Shown here piece by piece: positions 51,701-62,440 of a stretch of DNA of 64,000 nucleotides. Positions within the stretch are counted from its first letter, which is position 1. Every line of letters starts with the position of its first letter. The notes beneath the pieces are model-generated. The model did not search any database and had not been told where the DNA came from. It worked only from the letters and a program-made list of their open reading frames with translations. Both the position numbers and the translations under genes were made by a program. The stretch is from Raillietiella orientalis (taxonomy: Eukaryota), in assembly GCA_036172245.1 (NCBI GenBank), contig JAYWIR010000003.1, forward strand, positions 5,766,001 to 5,830,000, given 5' to 3'.

Positions 51701-54373
51701 AGCAGACGGCGTCCCTTTGCCGCCACGGTTGCATGGCAGCGAGGAGACTCTGTCTCTCGTGCTGCCGTGCAACCGCGAGCTCCTCTTCCCCGGCTCTAGT
51801 CCGCCCGAGTGGATGCGTTTCCCAGGGTTTGGCATGCTGACTTCCAGGTGGGTGGTGGATCAGATGTCAGTCGCCATGCCTCTTACCTGGAGACCGGCCC
51901 CGTCGCGTCACGGAGCAAATAGCCGTCCCAAGAAAGCCTGCTTACTGACGGAACGGTTTCGCTCGTGATTCTCCCACTCGCAGCATCACCTGCGGATGCC
52001 GCTCCCCAAAATAATCCTCTCTGCAGCCTCCCAGAGCAGACCTCAGGACTTGCACGGTTGCAGCTTCCCGAAGAGCCCTGCACTCATCCGTTCGTCCGTG
52101 GAGCCTCATTTCGCTCGCACGCTCTCGATGGCACGCGACCTAGCCAGGGGAATCGGTTATCCCGGTCTGGCAACTCCGGGAACGCAAGCCCCGATCCTTT
52201 TTCCCCTTCTTCGGGAGCAGCAGCGCTGCGTTTCCAGCATGACGAGAGCTCGCGAAAACGTCAGAGGCGCTTTCGCATGGCGCTTTCTCCCCAGGGAGGG
52301 GTCTCGTGCAATGTCCCGAACCGGGACAATGGGCACCCCTACGGAACAGCCGGCAGAGTGGGAGGTTAGCCGGTGGCTCCTTTCCCCAAGAGACAGGATG
52401 GTGCGCTGGGGGGAGGGGAGGGGGGGTTCCTCCTTTCTTTTCCATGACCAGAGGTTCCTGGCGGAGGCAGCGCTGCCGGGCCGCCTCATCACGACTTCCT
52501 GACCACCTCGGCGCAATCAGACGACTCTTACAGAGTGGCACAGCGTTAAGCCGTTCCCACGCAACATAGCCAGGGGGCGTCTGAGAGGTCCCCATCCTGG
52601 AGCGAGCTACCGGCTGGGAATCGAGGACCATCTCATCCCCCCCTTCGAGTGACTCTTCATTTGGTTTCGGTCCGTTCCACGGGCCGCCCCAGGCGGCCAC
52701 CCGCAGAAACCGAAAACCTGACTCTGCTTTCCGGGGTTGCCTAAGTTTCAGGAGGGGAAAGCTCGAGCGAGCCGCTTTCGCTCAAGGGGACCGTGACCTG
52801 CTAGCCTCGACGCGTCCCGGGCACTGCCGCCGGGGCCGGCCCGCTGGGAGCCTCGCTTTTTCATCTGCCTCCCTGCTTTCTCCCGGAATAGGCGCGCCTC
52901 GGGTGCAACTCTTTCTCTCGGCCAGAAGGGTCCCACGACATGGACAGCTCCATCAAGAGGGTCTCGGAAGGGGGGGGGGATGATCTCTCCCCCTCCCGAG
53001 TAGGGCGCTCGCTGCCCCTTCGTGGGTGCCGAAGAAGCTCACGCTGCGTGCCGTCAGAACCTCGCCGGCACGCGAGGCAGCGGGAACGCAGGAGCCAATC
53101 AGCGCCCCGCAGAAAATCTCGGCACATTCGAGCGTCAGGGAATTCGGCCGAATCCGCCGCAGTGCCCGCTCTCCCGCGCCGTCTGTCTCCCGTGGGATCG
53201 TCACGAAGGGGGGTTCTCCGTCCAGAAGGACCCCGCAGGAGACTCCTCGAGTTCTCGTCCCATCCCCTCCACGATGGGGAGCCCGTGCTACCCCCTGTCC
53301 CCGAGGGCTTTGCTCCCTTCCTCCTTCGGGAGCGCCCCCCCTGCAGTGGGCGGCCGGAGACAAGGGGACGAGGGCCTGTCTGCGCCCAGGAAGCGTGGGA
53401 CGGGGAGGCGCGACTCGGAGAAGGAGAGGGTGCCACGGAAACGAGTCCAGAGGCTGCGAGGTGCGGGGACGTCTCCCCGTCCCACCCCCTGGATCGGAGG
53501 GGAGAATATCAGCCGGGGGATCTCGACCAGCCCCACCGCGCCCCTGGAGCGGATTGCGAAGGGTAGGCCTCTCCGTTCCCCGTTTCCTCTTCCCTCCGTC
53601 CCGAGTTCCTCCGCTTCTCCGGACGGTATAGGGTAGTCTGGAAGGCCGAGGTTCTCCCGCTGCTGCAGACCCCCCGCGGGCGAAGAAAGCGAATTTCATG
53701 CTTCTCTTCCTTCTACCTACCCCCCTAGCGCTCTCCCCTTTCCTTTCCCCACTTGACCTGGAGGAAGAGGGGGAGAGGGGAACTCACGCGGTCGCGTGAC
53801 GGCCCGTGTCCTGTCCGCGCCTTCCGGACCGGCGAGAAAAGCCGTCGCCTGGGAACGCGTGCAGCCTTCCCGAACGGCTGGACCGAAAGAGCGTCTGCTC
53901 GGAGGAAAAGAGGACCTGCTTCGCGCGTTTCCAAGGGAAACAGGTCTCCCGTCGGTCCGGGAAACGGCGGGAAAAGGGGCGCGCGGAGGACGCCCGCCTC
54001 ACCTCGGACGGGGTGGAATCCTCGCCCCCTGCGAGCTCCGAGAAGGTAGCATCCTTTCTCCTCCGTGACCCCCCGCGCCGTTTCCAGGGATATTCCTCCT
54101 TCCCTCGCTCCGGCTCCGGCGGACCATCCGAAGAGGAGACGCGACTCCGTGAACCGCGGGTCCGCTCTCGTTTCCCTCCCGTCCGGTGATGTAAAGAGGG
54201 GAGGGCACCCGGGCAGCCTCCTCCGCCGCCTCTTACTCAGGTGGAGGAGGGGGCGGGTGATGGCGCGCGGCCTCGGAACGAGGGCGAGCGGACCGGCCGG
54301 AAGGCGACCCGCCTCCCCAACCCCTCACCCCTTCCCCCTGGGAACGGACCCTCAGGAGCAAAGCGGCACTGAC

Positions 54374-54695
54374 CTTGGTGAGACCTCTTGAGCAGCTTCT
54401 TCTCCTTCATCCAGGGGAACTCCTGGCTCCCGCCACCGCCTTGCGACGGGTCGCCGCCGCTGCTCCCGGCTTGTCCCGGCGGCGGCGGCGGCGGCGGAAG
54501 CCCCCGGCGGTGGTTCCTGTCGATGGCGTAGGCGTCGTCCTCGGGGCATGGCACGGGAGCCAAGCCCGGGAAGGCCGTGGTGGCAGCGTCCGGAGACTCC
54601 AGGGGCGGGAAGCCCAGGTGGGGGGGCAGGTAGGTCAGGAACTCGGCCATCGAGGGCTGGCTGTTAATGAACCCGGACTCGCAGATGCCTTCCAT
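54374..54695 (-). CDS. pb: proboscipedia (Hox2) coding exon 1: N-terminal Hox2 motif and hexapeptide
   Basis: ATG at 54695 in strong context (GCCATGG). Encodes MEGICESGFINSQPSMAEFL (group-2 Hox N-terminal signature) and QEFPWMKEKK (Hox2-type hexapeptide). Ends CAA G|GTCAGT (donor at 54373); 322 nt = 107 codons + 1, phase 1. Confidence 0.95.
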
Positions 54696-55244
54696 GGCTG
54701 GACGGGGATCAAGGGGCTGTGGAGGTGGTCATCGAGCGGGGACGGTAGGGACGCAAAGGGAGGGCAAAGGGTCGGGGATGGGGAGGATGCACAGCAGGCT
54801 CAGGCGCGCGCACGTGTGAACGCAGGGGCTCGCCGGGAGGTCCTTCTTGCGGCGACTGGGATGGAAGCCTCGAGGGAAGTCCGCGGGAGGACAGCACCAC
54901 TCGCGTTTCCGGCCTTGCGAGGGCCGCCCGGTTCTGCGCCGCGTGGGGCTACGCGAGGGGTGACGGCGGCCACCTGGGGGTCTCCTCGGGTGCGGCGGAG
55001 GGTCCCAGGAGCATTCCCTTCCTTTTCCTCCTCCCTCCTCCTCCTCCTCCTCCCTCCTCCTCCTCTTCTTCGTGGTCCTCCTCCTCCTCGAGGCAGGCGG
55101 AACCGGAAGAGGCACGGCGCACCGGGCTGACTGGCTGCTGGAACTCTCCCGCGCGGGCGTCGTCGCGGCGCGGCGCCTCCGCTTCCTGGACCAGGTGGGC
55201 GAGCTGCACCTTCCGCGGGGACGGCGTGGCTTTCGGGTCGCCGC

Positions 55245-55730
55245 CTGTCAAAGACTGACGTCCGGCTAACGAAAGCGCCCCGTCACGTGACAGCCCGCAA
55301 CCGACGTCGCCTTCCGCCGCAGAGAGGAGCGTCGGGCGATTCCCTCTCACGCGAGCCGCTCGCGCGCGCGCGCGCGTGCGGGCCGCGGCCGCCGGCGGCT
55401 CGCCGAAAGCCGAGCCGCGCAGAAACGAGGGCGGGGGGAAAGTGGCAAGGGGAAACGGGAGAGGGAGAAGGAGAAAAAAAAGGGAGAGAAGGGGAGAGAG
55501 AAAAGAAACACACACAAAAAAAATGGCTGCTGCTGCTGCAGGCGCGAGCAAGCGCGCCAGCGTTTCGTGTCTCCCGCGCCAGCGTGACGGGAGGGAAAGG
55601 AGAGAACGCTCTTCCTTCCTCCTTTCTTCATTCTCGCTCCTACCTCCTCCTCCTCCCTTCCTCCTCCTTGGGGCAGGAGCAACCGGGAGAGACGCAGCTC
55701 ACCGGACTGCCTGCCGTCACGTGACAGTCC
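55245..55730 (-). promoter_or_regulatory. Candidate pb proximal promoter (TATA-less)
   Basis: Inr-like TCAGTC on minus strand (55258-55253); CCGTCACGTGACAG at 55280-55293 and 55714-55727; (CG)8 at 55361-55376; GAGA-rich tract ~55458-55500; PHO/YY1-like CAGCCATTTT (minus, 55520-55529). Begins ~550 nt upstream of the ATG. No DPE at +28. Confidence 0.5.
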
Positions 55731-56649
55731 GCGTCCAGTGACGCGGCCTTTGCAGGAGCGAGCGGGGCGCTTTCCGAGTCCCCCGGAGGGTGAAGGAAGC
55801 TCGACTTCAGGGCTCACAGATCCTGGGAAGAGAGAAACGCGCCGCGAGTGTGGGAAAAGCCGCTTGGCTCCTTACCGCCAGCTTTCCCGGTTCTGCGAAG
55901 CGCGCAGCATCCGGGCAACTTCTCCCGGGCCCGCGGCGGCCACTGCGGTCCTGGCACCTTGCCTTTCTCTCAGACTTTCTCCTGAGAGTACCTTGGGACC
56001 TCGATCCGGAAAGCTGCCGGCCGTGGAGCAACCTTGGACAGCACCAGGAAGGAGACAGGTAAGATGATGGAGGAGGGGGACGTCTCGGCATCAGGGGGAT
56101 GGCCCCTGTCCGCTGCGCTCTGCCTGCCGCTGCCTACGAATTCCTCCTCGAAGCGAAGGGGCTACCAGCTGCGCGTTCTGGTCTCCAGCATCCGCGGAAG
56201 CACAGCGAGCGCCTGGTACCAGCCCTGATCTTCTAAGAGGGCTCAGTCCTTCTCTGGAAGGTAAGGAAAGTCCGACTTCCTTATCATGTCCTTCGGAGGG
56301 CGTTTGTTTCTATGCAGTTCCCCCTCCCCCGCCCTCTTTTCATTCTTTTCTTCAAGGAGATCGCATCCTGGCAGCCGTGGAGCCTCCTGTGAGCAGGAAA
56401 CACCACCACCCTACACTCACTTCCTCACGGAAGGCCTCCAAGAAGAAGCCTCAACTTTTCTTCTTCCAGGATTTTTTTTTTTACCTGATGCTTCTCTTGC
56501 CCTTGAGATCTCCCCCTCGAGGTCTGACCGCCTCTCTTGCTCCTTCCTCCGCTCTCGAAGTTTGGTCTCTGCGCGAGTTCTCTTACAAACCTTCAAGCAA
56601 AAACACGCAGCGAAGGACCTCCTGGTCGGTCTGGAAAGGAAGGTCACAT

Positions 56650-57830
56650 CAGGCCACCGTTCCCCGCGGGGCTCGATGAGAAACCTCAGCCAGGACTTTA
56701 GAACGACCGGATGGCAACTCGGCCTGGAGTCGCAGAAACGATCCTTTTCACCCGTGCCCGGTGTTCGCGTCCCTGCAGGAAGAGGAAAGACGCTTGACGC
56801 CAGTGGGTGCCCCTCGAACTCAGCCAGTCGGCCAGTTGAGCCTCCTCGTTTCGTCGGGATATCAGCAGCCTCCTCCCGTCGATCCCGTGGCAGGAGGGAG
56901 GGAATGAAGGGAGAATCCTTCGTCCGTCTCCGTTGCTGGCCGACGATTCGCTGCATCTCCGAAAAGGTGTGCAGACCTTGCAGGTCGCCACAGGTCACCG
57001 TGGCGGTCTTTGGCGCGGAGACCCGGTCACCGTGAGCCGGTTACCGAGCGCCGGAGATATAGCTCTCGCGCGAGCCCGCGGGAACAGTCACCCTCCCGGG
57101 GTTCGACCGCACGACGACTGGGGGAGGGGGTGACCCGACCCCGCTTCACGTGGTTTGCCTCTTCCGTCGCCTCTTGAGGAGCCTCCGCGGTGGCGGTGCG
57201 GTTCGCCCCTCCCAGCGCGCTTCGGAGGCGCCTCAGCGCGCCCGCTCGCAACCTCCTGGGAGAAACGCCGGTCCAGCAAAAGGGATGGGGAAAAGTCTCC
57301 CGCCTCCGTTCCCATGAGCACACTCAGCCCCTCCAAACTGTTTGCAAGAAGCCGGCGGCGCGTTGTCGGGTGCATCGCGTCGCTGTCCGTGTTGCCCAGA
57401 AACCGACAGCATCCCGAGCTGCTGCCGCGTCGTCGCTCCACTCCTTCCCTCCGACGCCGAAGGCGACGACTCGCCTCCGAGACGCGCTCCCGGACTCCTT
57501 GTCAGCCCACCTGCTGCTGCTACACTCCAGGTCCACTTTGCTGGAAGCAGCAGGAAGAGAAGAAGAGGGAAGGAGGAAGAGAAAGAAGGAAAGAAGAGGA
57601 AGAGAAAGGAAGGAAGTAAAGAGGATGAAGGAAAAGAAGGAGGAGGAGGAAAGTTGGAACCCGTCGTCCGCAAGGAGGGCTCGCGACGGGCGACCACCTT
57701 CACGATCCTCCGGGAAGAATCTTCCTGCTCTCCTGGAAGTCGATGCACCACCTCCTCTCCTTCCTTTGGGATTCGGAAACTTCCTTGAAGAGTTCCTCTG
57801 GAGGTGGTCAGGGACTCATGGCGAGCACGG
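56650..57830 (+). mobile_element. Possible LINE RT relic upstream of the pb promoter
   Basis: VPAGRGK...ASRPVEP (IPK.GK...YRPISL) and HLLSFLWDS (I.SFL.DR); weak. Confidence 0.25.
57552..57616. repeat. Pure purine (GA/GAA-rich) tract
   Basis: Read directly; purine-rich sequence continues to ~57653. Confidence 0.85.
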
Positions 57831-60800
57831 CCACCGCGTCTTCCCGGCGCGACAACGTCCCCTGCAGGTTCCCACCATCTCACCTCGAGGTCTTTCTCCA
57901 TCTGGGCTTGGAGGGTCGACCCGGGAGCCTGAAATGGGGAGGAGCAAACCTACTAGTGACTTGGAACGCCGGCGAGGAGGAAGCGAGCAGCTTTGGAAGG
58001 TCGACTGGTCAACCTGACCAGACGAGGCCTCCCGCCAGCTCTTAGCCAGGAGGAGTCAAGCCCTCTTCCCGCGCATCCATGGCGACGGAGAAGTGCCACG
58101 AGGATGCGCCCACAGCAGATCGTTGCCGTTTGTTCCCTCGTTGCTCCGGGTGCTCACAACGGGCAGCGAGTGACCCGCCGTCCGTTGGCGGTGACGTCAG
58201 TGGGCCTCCGCGGTGGTCAGCCTCCGGTTTCCGCTTGCGCAGATCGGAGCTGCCCCTCCGACGGAGGGATCGGAAAAGGAGAATTACCGGAGTGAAGCAC
58301 TCTCCGAATGACCGATCTGGTTGCACCCCTCAGGCTAGGGTGCGAGGATGCCGTTCGCGAGATTTCCTCAGGCCCGGATGTAGAGCCCAACCGGAAAAGG
58401 GGAGGAGATGGTCGTGCGCTTCCCGGCAGCCACCATCCGGGAAGTCCTCCTTGCTGCCTGTGGAGACGGAGGGGGGGGCGACGGACTCTGACCGCCTCCC
58501 ACGCCGAGTGCTGTCTCGGACTGCGGAGCGACACCCCTATGCTTGAGCGGTGAAGAGACCCGCCGGTATCCTCGGCAGGGCTGCTGGCTGAGGGACCCCT
58601 AAGAAGGGCTTGACGACAGGAAGGGAGGAGGGACTCCCTCGTCCTCTTATGGGCAAGTAGGGGATCTGTGGTCCAGCGCGCAGGATATGCTTCCGGTCCG
58701 GAAAAATTCTCGGGCAGAGGCCAGTGGAAGCCTCCATTCGTCCAAGACACTCGACCCTCCATGGAAAGTAGCGTTTCCACGGGATACTACTCCCCGCCCT
58801 TTGCCTTCAGAAAGAACTGCTGTCTGAGGGCCGGCTGGTCCAGTTTGCCGGAGTGGTCGCGTAGCCATCCCAGCGGAAGCATCTCTGCCGGGGGTGTCGA
58901 GGGTGATGACCAGCCTCCCTCAGAAAGGCCTCGCGCTCCGCCGAGGTGACCTTGTGTGAGCGACCCTCGCACACGTGCCCACCCGAGGCAGCGTCCACGC
59001 GCGGGACGCCTCCACGCGACCAGGAACGCAGCCGGATGGCAGTACCGGATTCCTTGTGCCACGCGGCAGGGGAGCCGCTGGACCGGCAAATGCTCCCTCC
59101 CGTGACGCCACCGCGCCTTTGAGGGAGCGGAGCACCCGCGGGATAGTGGCAACCCTGACCCGCGCCTGCTTCTTGAGAGCCGAAGGCCGCGTCAGGGATG
59201 GCAGCGCGTCGCTGAGGTGCCCCGAATCCTGCCCCGCGGGACCCGATTAAACGGGTGTTCACTTCGGCAGGGTTGCCAGTCGCCTCGTCTACGCCTCGCG
59301 CGAGCGGCGGCGATCTCCGAGACGCGAGAGGGGCGCGGCTGCCGTTGTTCCGGAAAGCCGTTGGCTATCGCTATCATGAGGGGGGCTGCGAGACGGTCCG
59401 ATCCGAGAGGTCGGATCTTTCTCTCCTGGAACAGGCCCCACAACGAGCACTGCCGGTCCGGTCCATCTCACTCCCTATTTATTCATCTATCCTCTCTCCA
59501 CTCCTTCCTGTTTCCGCCCCCCAACCAGGGTGGCTACTCTCGCTTCGGACCGGCGCGGGTCTGCCCTTCTTGTGCAAATGAATAACCCGGGGCAAGGCGA
59601 AGCGAGAAGGGAAGGGAACGGGCAGATTTGCTGGTGGAATCGCAGTCTCTTCTGGAGCCCGTCGCGTCACGTGACAAGTCCCGAAGCAGGCCGACCCCTC
59701 CCTCATGGGGAATGGGAGAGGTGGCTACGAGGGCTGCGGGATCAGCAGCACATCGCCGAGGACTCGCCCCGTCTCCACGGAGATACTGCGCGCGGAGCGA
59801 TCGGACCCGCCCATTTCGCCCGCGTTCACGGAGCTCGGCGCGCCGACGGCGTAGCCGGCACGACCTCGCGGGGGCGGAGCGAGTGGGGCTTCGCTAGGTG
59901 GCACAACTCGCGGCCCGGGATCCGCAGGTCGCGAGAGAAGGCTGCTCGCCGCAGCGGGGAATCTCCCGTCTCCGTGGAGACCGGCGACCGCAGGACGCCC
60001 GCAGTGACCCGGGCGGCATCCTCGCACGATGAGCGTCCCAAGTGAGGCGGCGGCGGGACGTTGAATTCGCGAAGCTGCGGGTCCGTCTGAAAGGGCACAG
60101 GAGACCAACCCCTCCCCCCCCCCCAGAAGCTCACTGCTTGGAGACAAAAATAGGCTATGTTCTTCTTGGGGGGAGACCTCACTGGCATACCGCTGCTACC
60201 CCCATGACCAAGACCCCTGTTGGGTCTTAGGGCCGCAAGCTTCCCTCCTCCTCACGTTTTTGGTCTGGGAGCGCTCTCTCCCCACGCTCCAGGGATGCCA
60301 CGGACGAGGGATGATCCGCTGATTGTGGGGGAGTTGGACGAGGACGGTCGAGCGGGGGTCTCACTCGGGTCTTCACGCCTGCGCCAGCAGACTCGAAGGG
60401 TGCCAGAGGCAGAGGCGGCTCTTCGTAGACTTCCAGGTCGAGGGCTTAATCCAAAGACCCGCGAACGCGAGGTTCCCACCCCCGTCACCATTTCCTGAGA
60501 GGCGCTTCCGTTCCCAGTTTTCCCCCTTTCCCATCCTTGCACCCGTTCTTCCCCCTCCGATGACGACTGCAATGCATCTTGTGATTTGTAGCACACCGAT
60601 TTGAATGTTCTCACTGCAGGCTTTCTTGTTCTGGTTTTTGTTTTTTGTTTTGTTTTTTGATCAGATCTGTTAGTCCAAGGACTTGCCCATCATGAAACTC
60701 GTTCCCATGGAAGCAACTCTTCGTCATACGATTCGACTTCCTTTCAACGGGACTCGTTAATTACTCATTCGTAATCAAGCGCTTCTCTGATTGGTCCTTT

Positions 60801-61319
60801 CTTTTCGCGTACATCCGAATTTTATTTTGATTGGTCAGTTTGAATCTCGCAGCGACTATCAGCTGGGGAAAAAAAAAAAAAAAAAAAACTTATTCCTCAG
60901 AAAAAAAGAAATGCAAAACCGATGGCCTGAAAGACTGGTGACACTAAGGCAGAACTGGATTGCATGATCCCTTCGAGCTCTCCGGCGGTTTTAAGCATCT
61001 TGCCACTAGCCGGTCGCTCTTGCGTCAAATGCATCGTGATGGCAGCTTGGAAACCGCACAGAATCACCCGTCCTTCGATGATCGCCCCGACGGCTGGACC
61101 GCATCTCGTCTTCCAGCTTCGGCGGCGTGCAATCGCCTCATTCGCGGAAGATTGCTGCAGCTGCTTACGTTCCCTCTGGAAGGAAAACCGACGACTTCGG
61201 CGTCCAGAACACCGTGGAAATCGGAAGGATGGCGCGTCAGATATTAAGCTGACAGAAACAGGTTTTAGGGAACAGAGGAAGGGGAAGCACGAAGGAAAGA
61301 ACGGAGGGAGTGGCTCATT

Positions 61320-62440
61320 CAAAGCATCCTCCAGACCTTATCTTCTCGGAAACGGGAGGAGGAGTAAGAGGGCTGAAAGTAGCGTGCTCGCAGAGGGAAG
61401 AGCCGCACCAATGCTCCTCCGATCTGCCACCCACCAACTCCTGGCCTTCGAGAATCTTCGAAGTGCACGCAACACGGACGGGCATGCTTTGCTCGGAGCT
61501 GAGGAGGAAACGGAGGCGCTCCGAGAGGGGGTGCAGGGCACGGATCAGGGACTCCTGAATCAGACAAGACCCGACAGTTACCGTTATTCCCGTGTGCGAA
61601 GGCCTGACGTCCGAGGCAGGGTTTCCAAGTGCTCTCAAGGCGAGGGATATCAGTCACTACATCCATGCCGTGTTCCCTGGTTTCAAACCCAGCCACGCCG
61701 GGTCGCGTCTTCAAACATGCATTCACGTGCCCTGGGGGCATAAGACGTGGCGCGCCGGCACGCAGGTCCAACAGAGGCACCCTTGACGTTAGCACGGTGA
61801 GGTCAACGGGGCAGTTGGGGATAAGAATGGATAAATAGACGCACGGAGAAACACCGGGTGCAGACGTTCGTCGTCTTCAAGAAGCAAATGGGGTGGACGG
61901 GAGAGGAAGGGTCGCCGGGCTTCTGGACCACCTCTTTCCAGCAGTCTTTCCCGCAGTCTGGGCGGCCTCACGGTTTCGGGACAAAGGCACAGCCCCTTCT
62001 CGGTCCCCCGCGCTGTGGGTGCGACCGAGCGAGTGCCCGGCGGCGACCGCGTGCGCCGCCGCAGCGCGGATGTGGCCCGATGGGGCCTGAAGAACGGCCG
62101 CAGGAGCTGCCGAAGGGAGCCCTCCGGGGGCAAGAGGGCTGCCGGTGCGTCTCGCCTCCTCCGTGCTCTGCAGATGAAGGGGCAAGCCAGAAGCCTTTGG
62201 GGTTTTTTCCTCCTATCCAGCGGTGGGCCGGCGCTGGCTACACGGGAAATCGCGTCCCGGAGTGCTGTCATTGGAGGGGCCGCTTTTCCTGGCCGGCTAA
62301 CAGCGGGAACTCGACCACAGGAAAACTCCATGGGGACACGTGCCGGAAGCAATTTAGCTCTTTCAGCGAGGCGCCTGTGCGGAAGCCTCGCATCCAAGAA
62401 ATGGAGCACCAGTTCGCAGAGAGGGATTCTCCTTGTCATC
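61320..62440 (-). mobile_element. Decayed Penelope-like element RT relic, copy 2
   Basis: Same motifs as copy 1, plus upstream LHFLDARLP...LLPARV (cf. S.FLD..L.P...LPSYI) and downstream RVLSDSGVP (cf. L..NGYP). Edges approximate. Confidence 0.55.
61744..62231 (+). repeat. Direct repeat core, copy 2 (pairs with 19267-19753)
   Basis: Same orientation as copy 1, 42,477 bp away; weaker similarity continues to ~61693 and ~62278. Confidence 0.97.

Larger units (their letters stand above)
28145..54373 (-). other. pb: pb intron between hexapeptide and homeobox, 26,229 nt, phase 1
   Basis: GT...AG ends, matching phases, canonical Hox intron position. Internal microexons cannot be excluded. Confidence 0.85.
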
